Shown here piece after piece: positions 26,481-43,052 of a stretch of DNA of 64,000 bases (within the stretch, counting starts at the first letter, position 1; each line of letters opens with the position of its first letter). The DNA lies in contig OX597831.1 in assembly GCA_951406725.2 (NCBI GenBank), positions 64,232,001 through 64,296,000 of the forward strand, written 5' to 3'. A model generated the notes under the pieces. The model was not told the origin of the DNA. It searched no databases and was given only the letters and a program-made list of their open reading frames with translations. This stretch comes from Octopus vulgaris. Lineage: Eukaryota. The position numbers and the translations under genes are program-made.

Positions 26481-27792
26481 CAATGTACTATTGTGATTCA
26501 GATTCCACAGAAACTAATATCCTTAACATAATCTTCAGGCAGAATCATTATGACAGTATGGATTAAGGATGGCACTTTCAATTACATATACAGTATAAAC
26601 CATCTGAAGGGACTTCCATAGTTTCCATTCACTAAATTTCATTCACAAAGGTTTAGGTTGATCCTGGGCTCACACAAGATGTCATACAGCAGGATCAAAT
26701 CTGAGACCACATTACTGCAAAGTAAAATTTTTTTAACTAACTGACCATACCTCTATCTACACACATACATGCATTCACTCGCACATGCGCACACACACAC
26801 ACACAATTTCAAAACCTACATATCTGTCTGAAAAATTCATTTTACATTTCTAATAACAGTTAGTGCACTTAGTTATGTTGGTAAATGCCAAAATGCTCAA
26901 AAAAGTTGAGATTTCCAGGCAATGGAAGTGACCAGCTAAAAAACACTTTACAAATACAATCTGTAGGCATTTCAGTAAAAAATAAGCAAAACTTTTCTTA
27001 AGTTCAACAAGTAGCTCATAACAATTACTGCTATCTAAATTCCCATGATAGATCTTTGATTCTGTTTGAAACCAGATCCTTCATTATAGAAAGAATTCAA
27101 GTAGTTAACGAAGAAGGATAACATGTATACATAAGTACATACATACATACATACATCTAGCCATTTTGAAAGTCTACTAGCATAAACATTAAACATAAGA
27201 ACATGGGGACTGTTCTCTGCGATACATGTACTACATCTTCAACTGTAAAGAACAGTACAATAATTCCAGAGGAAAAGGGAAAAAAACTGTGACCACTAAC
27301 TTTTGCTCTCTAAGTTGATAGCACGAACAGAAATAACAATGCTTGTAACTTCTAAAAAGTTTTTGGTTATCAAGTAATATTTTCCTTTCCTTGTAATATC
27401 TTCTTTTGTGAGACCCTTCTACTACATACACTGTAGCTTTATAGTCTAAATTGAATTACTTTTTTGCTCTTTAACACTAAAGCCACGCAATTGTATAGCT
27501 GACTTAATTTGTAGCATACGAAACAACAGACCGGGGGGACATGTGTACATATGCACAAATATACATGCTGTTTCACAGGGGGGTGGGGGTATATAACACC
27601 TTTCGTGTGGAGGTTTTAAAATCAAGTAATTGCAGTTCCATACAAACTGAGAATATATAAACAGACAGAATCCTAAAAGAAAAAAGATTTTGTCATAAAG
27701 GCTCTTACCTCACTCTGCATGTATGCTTATGTGTGTGAGTGTGTATATATACTATATATATCAATATAAGTTGTGTAGTATATACAGGTACA

Positions 27793-30160
<2,368 letters not shown>

Positions 30161-30427
30161 ATGCAAGTCAGCTACACAGATTCTTTACTATGCTTTTCAA
30201 AATGAAAGGTTTTCTTTTTTTTTCTTTTTGTTGTTGTTGAGAGGTGGAATAGTTGACCAAGGGTTGTAGATCATTGAAGAAATTCAAGAATGAGAGGTAG
30301 CAACAACAACAACAACAACAACGACACTGTAACCATATTCTGACCACTGTTATCACATACATAGATTTTACGGGTGGGGAAATTAGAAGAGGTGGGAAAA
30401 GTGACAGAGAGCGAGAGAGCGAGAGAG

Positions 30428-30468
<41 letters not shown>

Positions 30469-30879
30469 CAATTTTTGTCAATTGCCACACTATTTTGTTG
30501 GCGAGGTTAACTACTTCATGTTATTCCACCATCCAAGTAGTGCAGTCTGTTGTGTTGATGGTAGTAAGGAAATATTAGCATGGTTTGAAGCAACAGAAAG
30601 GAGACAGAACAAGAGTTGAGGAACTGCTCCGGTAACACAGACGTCATAGCTATCCAAGGGATATGTACAAGAAATACACAGGACGTTATCTTTCTCCAAT
30701 TCAGTCATCGACAGATGTCAGTAAACATCCACATCAAGCAGAAATGTACAACACTTTGTTGATTTGTTCCATGTAGACCATTGGCGACAGCGGAAATGAT
30801 AACAGATCCATATGTAGATATACACAGATACATATATGCACACCTGCACATAAATATATATAAATATGTGTATATATAA

Positions 30880-30955
<76 letters not shown>

Positions 30956-31244
30956 TATATATACAGATACATAAATATATATATGTGTATATATATACAT
31001 ATATATATATATACAGATACATAAATATATATATATATGTGTATATATGTGTGTGTCTGTGTACACAGGCACACACACATGTATGTATGTATGTGTGTGT
31101 ATATATATATTTATATATACACATGCATGTGCACATATATATGTATGTATATTGTGCATGCATTGTGTGCACATGTGAATTTTTATATGTCTATTAGTCT
31201 CTGCACATATGTAGAAAGAAAAGAGCAGAAGAGGGTACAACCCT

Positions 31245-31289
31245 TCACAAGTCAACCCTCTGTCGGTAATGTAACATTAGTGGTGTGTC
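31245..31289 (-). CDS. PCGF3: PCGF3 last coding exon ([14 protein letters not shown]-stop)
   Basis: Polypyrimidine tract plus tttcag acceptor; PLxLHYR C-terminal motif; TGA at 31247-31245. Summed CDS is 684 nt = 227 aa. Confidence 0.93.
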   Translation of the reverse strand, partial: DTPLMLHYRQRVDL

Positions 31290-32782
31290 CTGAAAGGAAA
31301 AAGAAAGAAAAAAAAAACAAAGCATTATTATGTAATTAAACAATTTAATTATGTAATTAAAACAGGGGAGTACACAATACTCAAATATATGAATTTAAAG
31401 GATTTAAATATTTTGAATAATCGTTTCTCTTCCATCACCCCCATCTATCATCAGCTCTATTCTGCTGCCCCACCCCCACCCACCCGCAAGACATCCCCTA
31501 CCCTCCTACTTACTCCTGGCACCTCTGCCCCACTCTTTCTTTGAAGGTCCACTCTGACAACTTATCACCAATTTCCAGTACCATCCTCACTTCCACCCCA
31601 ACCCTTTCTTCTAAAAGAGGAGTAGTCAGGTAACAAGAGGCTCCAACCCTTTTCTCTTCTACTTTACCCATTTCTATCTACTCTTTACTCCCCTAGCATA
31701 AAGTTCCCCAAACTCCAACTAAGGCTCATAGTCTTGCAGGCTAGAGAGCAACAACACAAATGCTGGTGGCACAAAAAAAAAAAATCCATTCAGTATACAC
31801 TGTAAAGTGGTTGGCATTAGGAAGGGTGACTAGCTTCAGAAATCATGCCAAATAGACACCAAAGCATGATACAGTCCCTGAACACATCAGATCCAGTCAA
31901 ACTATTTAATCCATGCTAGCATAGGACATGTATTTCTTTACTACCCACAAGGGGCTAAACACAGAGGGGACAAACAAGGACAGACAAACGGATCAAGTCG
32001 ATTACATCGATCCTAGTGCGTAACTGGTACTTAATTTATCGACCCCGAAAGGATGAAAGGCAAAGTCGACCTCGGCGGAATTTGAACTCAGAACGTAACG
32101 GCAGACGAAATACGGCTACGCATTTCACCTGGTGTGCTAACGTTTCTGCCAGCTCGTCGCATAGGACATGGACATGTGATGACCTGGCTCTCTGTCAGTT
32201 TTAAAGGATCCAGTCGATCAATCAAAAGAACAACTTGCCTGTGTAATTAACCCTTTCGTTACCAACCCGGCTGAAACCAGCTCTGGCTCTGTAGTACAAA
32301 TGTCTGGTTTTCATAAATTTTGGATTAAAATCTTCCACCAAACCTTAGTCACAATTTACGTTCCTAACACTAGCTGAATGATAACTAAGTTATTTTACTA
32401 AATTCATGGTTATATTTAAAATTAATTGAAAGAAACACAGAGCATCTCAAAATAAATACAGTAACCAAAGGGTTAATATGCAAGTGATTGAGCATTCCAT
32501 GGACATGTGCACCCTTAATGTAATTCTCAGAGAAATTCAGCATAACATGGAGTGTGACATATACTACAGGTACAAGCCATTTTTGCCAGGTGACTGGACT
32601 GGAGCAATGAGAAATAAAGTGTCTTGCTCAAGGACACAATGCACTGTCAGGAATCAAACTCATGGCCTTACGATCATGAACCAAATATCCTGGCCACTAA
32701 CATGGGAGAAATTTATAAAACATTTAAGCAGAATGTCATCAATTGTTAATCAGGTAAAATTACAGGTAACATGTCAACTTAC

Positions 32783-32863
32783 TTTGGCTTGCCAACTTGT
32801 GACTGAAATAAATTTCAGCGTATGATCTTTTCCTAGGATGGCATCATTACAGAGAATATCAAT
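32783..32863 (-). CDS. PCGF3: PCGF3 coding exon 6 (IDILCNDAILGKDHTLKFISVTSWQAK)
   Basis: 81 nt, ttatag acceptor and GTAAGT donor; RAWUL motif DILCNxxILGKDHTLKF. Confidence 0.95.
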
Positions 32864-32939
32864 CTATAAATTAAAAGAAACAATGAAAAATACAGATTAA
32901 TTTGTAAAATATCAACCATCTTCCACTTTAATATAAAGA

Positions 32940-34175
32940 AATGATGGGGAGTTACCCAGACAGGAAGGTAAGGATTGGGAAATACCAATGTGCAGTGGTT
33001 GTCAAAAGCAACAGGTGAAGTCCAAAGGGATCTTGTGATTCAGGAAGTTAGGAGTGAAGAGGAAAGAAACATGTGTGTGAAAGCCATCCAACAATCTCAG
33101 TAGGGGTAATGGACAACTTGGGATGCTACAATGCAGAAATCTCTCACAAGGAATGATGTATGGTACATGGCACCACTCAGATTCAGTTTCATAATAAGAG
33201 TAACTTATGACTTGCTTCCATCAAACACCAACCTTGTAAAGTGGGGCATGGAAGACATGTCAATATGCCTCCTGTGCAAGGACAAACCCCAGGCAATAGA
33301 CTATATCCTGAATTCCTGCAAGACTGTTCTCACTGATGGCAGGTACACATAGAGGCACAACAAAGTGCTAGAAGAATTGACCACTTCAATCTGGCACCAG
33401 ATGCAGTGGGACACAACCAAATCAAAAGTGACCTTCATTAGCAGAGAAAGAAAGAAAATGGTTGGAGCGAAGAAGATAAGTAGATATGAATTTGTAGCAG
33501 GAAGGAACCTACTTGGACACGAGGATTCTTGGGAAATATCTGCAGACATTGGTGAGAAGCACAAGAACTACCCAGAGTTTATCACCAAGAATGGCTTGCA
33601 ACCAGACATTGTCTTATGGCCTGAATAGGGTGCCAAAGTGATTCTTATTGAATTAACGAGAGCCACATAGAAGAGTAACACATCTTTAAGATGAACAAAT
33701 ATGGTGAACTGGCAAAGCAGCTAGGGAGTGTGGGTTACCACTGCACTGTGAAGCCAGTTGAAGCTGGATTGCAAGGATTCATGGCTGCATCAACCTGTCA
33801 GCTACTCAGGCAGTTAGGTATCAAAGGCTGCAGAACAACTTCCACAATTAAATGCTTGTCTGATGTTGCTGGAAAGAGCTCATTGTGGATGTAAGCAAAG
33901 AGGAATGACCAATGGACCTACTTAAGGATTTCATTTGTTATTTACTGGAATAGAAGCAAGAAGGGAGCTGGTTCCTTTGTCGGTCAGCCTGCTGGGCTGA
34001 AACACAGACCTGGGAACAAAAGAACAACCCAGGTTCAAATCCTGGAGACAAGATTTTGGAAAACAGCAGGAGGACACCAAGGAGTCATGACCTGGGTGGG
34101 CCTGGCATCCATAGAGTCAGATATAAGGGCCAAAACACATGTTGGATGGGAGATCTTCCTCTGAAGGTCTCTCCT
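32940..34175 (+). mobile_element. Degenerate HERO/NeSL-like non-LTR retrotransposon 3' part (zinc knuckle plus restriction-like endonuclease), antisense within a PCGF3 intron
   Basis: YDLLPSNTNLVKWG..CLLC..ILNSC..GRYT*RHNKVL, LQPDIVLW..ILIELT, KY..L, PVEAGLQGF; contains stop codons and frameshifts. Confidence 0.85.
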
Positions 34176-35841
34176 GTTGTACGCTCACCTTGAAAGCAAG
34201 TTTCTGTTATACGTATTTTGAAGACGAAACTTAACGAGAATATTTACAACAATTATCTCTTACTTTTGAATGAACAAAACTGGATTAACTTGGGGGGTGT
34301 TGGAATGGAAATGAAATTCATTGTGAAAGAAATAATCAATGAACATTTTCCTCAGTAGAAAGTGTGAAATGAAACAAAATTCCATACTCAAAATAGTTTA
34401 GAAAACAAATCTATATCTAAGAAACAATAGACACATTAGCATTTTTTAGAATGCTTATTTTTTTTGTTTTCATTCATTATTGAATATTGGAGAAATTTTG
34501 CAGTTTGTAAATTTCAGTTAAATTTTTTTTACTGGGTGTCGTTCAAAGAAATAAATATGTACAATGGTTTGGTTACAGAATTCCAGCTGATAGTGACTGT
34601 GACTGACATATCATCTCGTTAGCTCACATCAGACAATTGCCACACAACTGTGAAGAAGGGAGGGAGAGAGCTGATGTTTATCTTACTAACAGCAAAGAAA
34701 TGAGTCGCTTTTTCTTTTCCTCAAAATCACTGCAAGCAGGTAAAATTAGGGAATGCCATCACTGCCACAAAATTCTTAATACCTGCACCTTGTGGTGCGG
34801 GTATTAAGAAGTTTGCTTCCTAAGCATGTGGTTTCAGGTTCAACCTCAGTCTGTGTGGCACCATGGGCAAGTGCCTTCAGCTACATACATATTTCTTTAC
34901 TACCCACAAGGAGCTAAACATAGAGAGGACACACAAGGACAGACAAACGGATTAAGTCGATTACATCAACCCCAGTGCATAACTGGTACTTAATTTATCG
35001 ACCCCGAAAGGATGAAAGGCAAAGTCGACCTCAGCGGAATTTGAACTCAGAACCTAATGGCAGACGAAATACTGCTAAGCATTTCGCCCAGCGTGCTAAC
35101 ATTTTTGCCAGCTCACCACCTTAAAACTACATACAGTCGCCTTCAATTTTCAATTACATAGTCCTTGGTCAACCAAAGACTTATGATTGGATTTGGTTAA
35201 CAGAAACTGAAGAAGCACAGAGTAGTGTGGAAGAGAGAGAGAGAGAATGGCTATGACTGGGTATCAATGTCATATAAATGGTGTCCCTGTGAGATATAGT
35301 GTATTTGTATATCTTATATCAATATGAATATTAATACAGGACTTTCTGGTTATAAAGACTGCCAACAAAAGTCAATAAAACGCATAAATTTGCATGTTTA
35401 ATATGACTGCTTACATGAACGTGAAAGATTCATATATTTGACCATGTTCTTGAAACAGGTCTTTTATAAAAGTATGCACTTCCTGATTCAAAGAATTCAG
35501 GACCATACCTATTTTTTAGATAGCTAGGTTAACATAAATAGGGTAAGATGCCTTTGGCTTTTCTCTGAACATAAATGATTCAGGAAAATATTGCAGCATT
35601 TTAATCTTCTGTTATTTTTATACTTTTTAAGCTATTGCAATATTCCAATATTTTGAAATGAGAGAGAGAGAGACAGACAGACAGAGATTGCAAGAAAGAG
35701 ATAGCAAGAAAGAGATAGCAAGAAAGAGGTGGGTGAAAAACAAAAGAGAGAAAGAATTAAGAAAGGGCATTAAAAGCAGAAATAAACAATTATATATTTA
35801 CTGTAGTATTTATTTATGAAGCTGGAAATTTTCCATCATGA

Positions 35842-36178
35842 AGGCACATGGCTCAGTGGTTAGAGCGTCGAGCTTACGATCGTAAGGTTGTGAGCTCAAA
35901 TACCGGACCGGGCTGCGTGTTGTGTCCTTGAGCAAGACACTTTATTTCACGTTGCTCCAGTTCACTCAGCTGTAGAAATGAGTTGCGATGTAACAGGTGC
36001 CAAGCTGTATCAGCCCCTTTGCCTTTCCCTTGGATAACACTGGTGGCGTGGAGAGGGAAGGCCGGTATGCATGGGCGACTGCTGGTCTTCCATAAACAAC
36101 CTTGCCCTGACTTGTGTCTGGGAGGGAAACTTTCTAGGTGCAATCCCATGGTCAGTGTTGTGACCGAAGGGGGGTCTC
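35842..36178 (+). mobile_element. tRNA-derived SINE; inverted copy at 52690-53010; partial relatives at 32205-32700 and 57730-58268
   Basis: tRNA-like head GGCTCAGTGGTTAGAGCG...CTCAAATACC followed by GTGTTGTGTCCTTGAGCAAGACACTTT. Confidence 0.85.
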
Positions 36179-36398
36179 AGTCAGTCAGTTATTTATGAAG
36201 GGATACCAATTAAAATAACAGCCTATTACTAAGAATATACTTACAATATTAAAAACAGAAATATTAAACACAGAAAACAGCTAAATTTAGTTATGTCTAC
36301 ACAGGCATACTGAGAATTTTCCACCTCCTGTTACAAAACATTTACTGCCAAATAGACTCAGATTTGTACTAAAATAATGGAAAATATGGTAGACTTAC

Positions 36399-36628
36399 AT
36401 CTGTATGCTTAGCTGAACTGTTGAATACTTTCAAAGCAACAAACTTTTTCAGTTGCATTATGGTAGCTTGTGAAGAGCATCGAATGAATTTACGTTTCAA
36501 ATTGCGCATCGATACACCTCGACCTTCTAGACAGATGTTAACTTGTTCATCGCTGCGATGATAGTCTTGGGTGTCAGAATCTGGTGGTTGCGTGTGTGTC
36601 CGTTCAGTTTCCACACACTCTTCATTAG
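36399..36628 (-). CDS. PCGF3: PCGF3 coding exon 5 (linker plus RAWUL start, DYHRSDEQVNICLE...KRKFIRCSSQATIMQLKKFVA)
   Basis: 230 nt, ttccag acceptor and GTAAGT donor; DYHRSDEQV is diagnostic of the PCGF3/5 group. Confidence 0.95.
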
Positions 36629-36805
36629 CTGGAAATAAAACATGTCAAAGGTCATTAACATGATCAAAATACAATGGAAAGGAAAAACCAGAGATATCAA
36701 CTGTGTTAACTCTTTCACAACCATATTTTTAATGAAATACTCTCTGTTTCAGTTAATTTTGAAAATAATCAATGATTTGAAGAGATCTAGTGACACAACT
36801 ATTTT

Positions 36806-37443
36806 TCAATTCAATTCAATTCAATTTTTATTGGCTCAAAAAGCAAAAGCAAGGCCATGTAGGGGGACAGGGAGTTATGTATAGGGAGGGTGGTCATACA
36901 AAGAGTTCAGGCCATTTCTGGTCAAAAGAGACTTTGAACCAAGCGGTCGTCAGCATCTTCACTATCTCATCCAGCAGCTTATTCCACGGATCCGCAACCT
37001 GGACGGAGAAAGCCCCTCTCCTTCGATTGAGATGAAACCATCGTAGATAGAGCTTTTCGGAGTGACCCCGTAGCCCACGCTCTGGAGCAGGAGTGAAGAA
37101 CAGTTCTATCAAGAGGTTACACTTTCCGCTTATGATGCTGTGAGCAAGAATGAGATCACCACGGCAGCGGCGTTTTTCAAGAGAATAAAGGTCGAGCGTC
37201 TTCAGCCTTTCTTCATAAGACAAATGCTTGAGACCAAGAACCATGCGGGTAGCCAGCTTCTGGACTCTTTCGAGATGATGTATGTCTTTGAGGAGATAAG
37301 GAGAAGAGGCTTGAATCCCATACTCCAATATGGGTCTCACCAGTGTGACATAGAGCGGTAGGAATATGGCTGCTGTGAGCATTCCGAATGACCGTCGAAT
37401 CAAAAACAGAACTCTGCATGCTTTGTCGGCAGCATGGACGCCA
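36806..37443 (-). mobile_element. CR1-clade LINE 3' fragment with (ATTGA)n tail
   Basis: LYVTLVRPILEYG..SPYLLKDIHHLERVQKLATRMV..LSYEERL..L.SLEKRR.RGDLI..RGH..WNKL. Confidence 0.9.
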
Positions 37444-39214
37444 GTTTTGGAAATATAACAAAAAGTTCAATGGGGTAAAGTTTCAGTTTAAATAGGAACT
37501 CTTTAAAATAGTTTATATAACAGAACCAGAAGCAGTCTCCAGTAAGTTTGTATTAAAAGAGCTAAGATGACACACATTATCACTTGTGAGAGAATGTGCT
37601 ACGGAGCAGGAGCAGGAATTTTAGCAGCACAATTCTCTACACAAAAGAGTGTATGGTAGGAATTCCTTCACTCTTTGCAACTGGAAAAAAGACACTAAAT
37701 TGAAGCAATGTTTTATGGACAGAGGTTTCAGACCAATCCTTGTATTTCATTTTATTTATTAATCTAACACAGTGGTTCTCAACCAGAGTCCATATAAGAT
37801 TTTGGTGGGGGTCCATGCAAGCAAAATTATAAATTAGGGACCCATAATAGTATATTAAAGGTCCATGAAAAATGTTTGCTTTAGATGTATTTAATGCAAG
37901 AAACCGTCCAACCCATGCTAGCATGGAAAGCGGACGTTAAACAATGATGATGATGATGATGATGATGCAAAAAGTATTGTTCTGTGGTTAATTGAAATAG
38001 GATGTGCTAGAAAACTTCATGATGATTTCATATATTAAATACCACATGTATCCTAGTAAAACTATAACATGGTTTGACAGATTTAAACACTGTTAACAAA
38101 GTACAATGACATGACAGAATAAAATGCATTTACAAGGACAGAAAAATGTAAAAAAAAATTTAGGCTCAAGAATGATCCAAATCAAAAACATTTGACTAAC
38201 AAAAAGGCAATAATCCTATCCTAAGTTGGTTTTTATACTTTTATCTTGGCTTAAAATGTGTCATACAATAGAGATAAAAAGTGACTCAAAGTTAGCTAAA
38301 ACAGCTTAATTGTTAGTATATTGTGTGACAAACTGTTATAATAAAGGGCAATAGATAAGCTACTAGGAATAAATAAATTTGTCTTATCTTGTTGAATTTA
38401 GCGACTGTGTGTTATACAGCTGGAGCATTCTAAATATATATTGCTGTATTCAGTCAATGAATGTACTTTATTGTACTTAATAGTATAAAGAAAAATGGCC
38501 ATGAAACATCAGACAACAATGGCAATCAGAAATCAAAATCATACAAGATGCAATTAAATACTCTTTTCTACAATAATAATCATCATCATCATTGTTCGAC
38601 CGTGGTCGAGACAATGGAATTTACTATGCTACGCCAGACTTCACGGTCCATCATAGCATTACGGAGGTCCGGTTGCTGGATGCCTGTATCCCTGGAGATT
38701 ACATCAGGGTAGGAGAGTGTGCACCCTCTGGTATCGCGAGTGGATGGCTTCCAGAGGAGAAGAGTAGAAATTGCCTCGTTTTCAGCTCTACAACAATGTC
38801 CAGCAAACTGGACTCTCCTACCTATTTGTATTTTGGTTGGATGACACTATAATAATAATAATTATGAGCAAAGTGCTAAAGATCTAGGGTAAATGATATC
38901 AGATATCATAAGTACTAATTTGAGACATGAAAACAAAACAGTCTCACAGAAGGACCAAAACTTCCTAGTTGCCAGAAAATTCCATCATGGACCACAGTAT
39001 AGTGTAAGTCCTCAAATTGCCTGCTATAATTTGTTTCTGCTTTCATCTTGTAAAGGAAAGATATTTTGAATAATGTAGTCCTAGATACACAATGCATGAA
39101 GAAGAGGAGATGGTCACAGTTGGAACGCCTTTGATCATCAGACTGCTCAATCAGAGCTTATCTGGAACTAATTAACAAAGGGTGCTGATCATAAGACCAT
39201 ACACATGAAGGTTG

Positions 39215-39720
39215 TGGAGGTGCAATGGCCCAGTGGTTAGGGCAGCGGACTCGCAGTCGTAGGATCATGGTTTCGATTCCCAGACCGGGCATTGTGAGTG
39301 TTTATTGAGCGAAAACACCTAAAGCTCCACGAGGCTCCGGCAGGGGGTGGTGGTGAACCCTGCTGTACTCTCACCACAACTTTCTCTCACTCTTTCTTCA
39401 TGTTTCTGTTGCACCTGTATTTCAAAGGGCCAACCTTGTCACACTCTGTGTCACGCTGAATCTCCTCGAGAACTACGTTAATGGTACACGTGTCTGTGGA
39501 GTGCTCAGCCACTTGCACATTAATAAATGAGCTGCGACGTCACTGGTGCCAAGCTGTATCGGCCTTTGCCTTTCCCTTGGATAACATCGGTGGTGTGGAG
39601 AGGGGAGGCTGGTATGCGTGGGCGACTGCTGGTCTTCCATAAACAACCTTGCCCAGACTTGTGCCTCAGAGGGTAACTTTCTAGGAGCAATCCCATGGTC
39701 ATTCATGATTGAAGGGGGTC
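39215..39720 (+). mobile_element. Chimeric SINE: a different tRNA-like head joined to the 3' half of the 35842 family
   Basis: Head TGGCCCAGTGGTTAGGGCAGCGG...GGTTTCGATTCCC; 39525-39720 aligns with ~35975-36178. Confidence 0.75.
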
Positions 39721-40376
39721 ACAACAACAACACATGAAGGTTTGTTGCAAATAAATATCTTTTGAGATTGCATTTCTTATTATTTTTTCTTAAAATATTT
39801 CAAAATTTAAAGTTTTGATCTTCTGATGTTATAACATTTGATATTCTGATTTTTCAGTCATATGAAATCCAGCTTCATGACCCCAAATCATAGCATCAAT
39901 ATTCAGTAAAATAGAGAGAAAAGCAGAAGGGAAGTATGCAGTTCAGTATTACAGCCAATAAAAGTAAGAGAAACCTGTTATTTCCACATACTCTCTTTTT
40001 CTCTTTTACTCTCTCTTTTACTTGTTTCAGTCATTTGGCTATGGCCATGCTGGAGCACCACCTTTAGTCGAGCAAATCAACCCCAGGACTTATTCTTTGT
40101 AAGCCTAGTACTTATTCTATCGGTCTCTTAGGTCGAACCGCTAAGTTGCAGGGACGTAAACACACCAGCATCAGTTGTCAAGCGATGTAAGGGGGGACAA
40201 ACACACACATAGACATATATATACATATATACGACGGGCTTCTTCAAGTTTCCGTCTACCAAATCCACTCACAAGGCTTTGGTTGGCCCGAGGCTATAGT
40301 AGAAGATGCACTATTTTCTCAATGTAGAATAAAGAGTGAAAACAGGAAAATCAAGGTAAAACAAAGAGATACTGAC

Positions 40377-40442
40377 CTCCAATGGATTTTGGAAATGGAA
40401 CACCTCTGCTCTTATAAAACTGTTGCTGCCGCCGTAGTTCAT
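40377..40442 (-). CDS. PCGF3: PCGF3 coding exon 4 (NELRRQQQFYKSRGVPFPKSIG)
   Basis: 66 nt, tttcag acceptor and GTCAGT donor; phases fit the neighbouring exons; matches the ExRxQxxFY helix. Confidence 0.9.
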
Positions 40443-40776
40443 CTGAAATAATACAGCAGACCCGTTAGGATACCACACACAACCCAACAAGATATCATAC
40501 CCTCCATATGCAGTTGTGAAATATTACGTATTAGGACAACATAACACGATATTATATTTTCCATGTAAAGATATTTAATAGAAAATACAATATACTATAC
40601 TAGCACTATGACCCAGCAACGCCGGGTCATAGTGCTAGTGCATGCATATGCAGCTGCGTGCGTGCACACATACACGCGAGTACTGTCCAAATAAAAAAAT
40701 TATTTTTCTTATAAAAAAAACTCCAATATCTAAATTAGAAACTTAAAACATTAGGATTATGTCATACAACCCATTT

Positions 40777-40860
<84 letters not shown>

Positions 40861-41488
40861 TACATATATATATGCACTTAGGTGGCATCTGTTTGTGTTG
40901 CCAACTATGGAGAATGACTACGAAGGCAGTAGATGAAGAGCAACTTCTGAAATTACTATGAAGACCAATTCTCAACATGCAAATTTGGCTGCCACAGATG
41001 TATGTGTGTGGGTGTGTGTGTACATACACACACACGCGCACACATGCATGCACACATATATACACACACACACACACACGCATGCACACAGATATACACA
41101 CACACACACATACACACACATATATATATGTGTGTGTATTACACATGCACACACACATATGTATGTATTATGGAATTAACTTTCTATGCCAAAAACAATG
41201 ATTTGTTCAGTACAAGCAATTTGTTAAATATCAATTGTTGTTGACCACTTCTAATTTGCCCCAAGTCATCTGTGTGTCTATAGTAATATACTTTACTGCA
41301 ATCTCTTGCTAGTAAAAGCCTGCTGAAGACAGAGGTATACAAACACAGAAATTCATCTTGTAAGTATTTTCTACATACAGTTTCCACTGTATGTAGACTA
41401 ATTAACAAATGCAATTGTTGAAGTAACTAAATCATTTGATTTACACAGAGACCATATAATTATCAAGCAAATGAAGGAGTGTCTAGCT

Positions 41489-41839
41489 CAGTGGTTCTCA
41501 ACCATTTTTTGCCTATGGACCCCCTTTGATTCAAGACAAGCATTTTCTATATATGTTCCAAATAGGGTAGATCTGGAAGAAATTGTCTCAATATGGATAT
41601 CTGGTTGAAAATGAACCATTTCAACATACTTTTACAGATATATAATGTTTGGGTGGATCCTCATATCCATTCAATATTTTTTTTTATTTTATTATATTTT
41701 TATAATTAAATATTATTATGAACTATAATAAAAAAAATTTTTTTTTAATATTTTGTGTATTGTAGAAATAAAACCAATATAACCAATTTATTGCAGCTAA
41801 AGTTTAACAAAAAATACTTATGTGGACACCCAACCACTG
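41489..41839. mobile_element. hAT (Charlie/Buster-like) MITE; a single related end at ~37770
   Basis: CAGTGGTTCTCAACC...AACCACTG termini; 8 bp TSD gtctagct/gtctagtt with central TA. Confidence 0.75.
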
Positions 41840-41980
41840 GTCTAGTTAGTCCTTAACCTACTAGAAATAGCAGGTGAATCTCCTTCAAATTCCTCTGTAG
41901 TGTCTTTAGGGCAATGGAATCTTTGCAAGGCTGACATGAGACTTAACTACATGACACCAAGCGTTTGTTTCAATACTTAC

Positions 41981-42036
41981 TTTCTTGTAATTCTGGCACC
42001 AGTTTGTACACAATGTCCTGCATGGTCCGGTCATGG
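41981..42036 (-). CDS. PCGF3: PCGF3 coding exon 3 (SHDRTMQDIVYKLVPELQE)
   Basis: 56 nt, ttgcag acceptor and GTAAGT donor; contains the DRTMQDIVYKLVP signature of PCGF proteins. Confidence 0.95.
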
Positions 42037-42299
42037 CTGCAACACATAATAGTAACATGTTAGCACTAAATATAAACTGACATGAATGACACACAATGTT
42101 AACATTAAACATGATGTAATTTATATACAGCTTGATATTCTAAATATTTAAAATATTATTTACAGACAATACTGTCTTATAATAATAATAAAAATAACAA
42201 TTTATGGATTTGAATAATGTTCCATGCACCCTTGAAAAAAGCTTATAGAAAAACAACAGAAAAATCCCCAGCATAGTGTTTTAGGAGAAGTAGTTAGGT

Positions 42300-42560
42300 T
42301 GAATGGAACCTTGTAAAAGAACTGGATGGGTAACAGATATTTAGAGTATATCATAAGAGCAGATGACCAACAAAAATTGTGGTGCACAGGAAAAGCCCTC
42401 AGGAAAAACAACAAGAGGATGATTTGGAATAAACTGGATTGACAACATCGTGGAGATGTCAGGTTTGAAGATGCAACTATGAATAAAAGCATCAGAAAAT
42501 TAAGAGGAGTGGAGAAAAGAGCTGAAAGTATTGACTTTAGTGTGAGCAGGATAACTCATT
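42300..42560 (+). mobile_element. Highly decayed RTE-like LINE C-terminal remnant
   Basis: Fragmentary GKSPQEK..WIDNIVEMSGL..EWRK pattern read across frameshifts. Confidence 0.3.
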
Positions 42561-42885
42561 GGCTGGTGCATTATTCATCAGTAAAAGTCTTAATTGAAAT
42601 TCTCAATGAAAAATATGAGCAAGTGTCACTCAATTTTTGAGGTTGGGGTGATATTTTTAGTAATATCAACATTTTTTCTCTCTTTTCCCTCCATTTTTTT
42701 CTCTCATCCTTTTCTGTTGAAGAGCATAAGCTCAAAATCTCAAAGACTTTTCATCTTCCCCAAGTATCAAACTAATATATCTGCTTGTTTTCCTTCACCT
42801 GTCTTTTGGTTTCTGTACATCTGAACCATGTTTTTCTTTGATAACTGGATGCCCTACTTATCATTAACCACATCACAGAATGAAC

Positions 42886-43052
42886 GGTACTAGGACAAAA
42901 TCCCCTGGCAGTCAATATCCCCCAGGATTATTGTTCTTTCTTTACAATAAAAAATATCTTAAGAAAGAAAAATTTTATTAAAAAAATTTTTAATATTTAT
43001 TTGTTAATATTTTTGTGTAAAATTTTATCCAGAGGGATTTTGTCCTGATACC
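42886..43052. mobile_element. Small GG-ended MITE
   Basis: GGTACTAGGACAAAATCCC / GGGATTTTGTCCTGATACC; 8 bp TSD gaatgaac/gaatggac. Confidence 0.75.

Noticed and set aside
35842-35915. tRNA gene (also 39215-39290 and the heads of the 13058 family)
   Set aside because: tRNA-like A/B boxes continue directly into multicopy SINE bodies, and no intact cloverleaf is evident.
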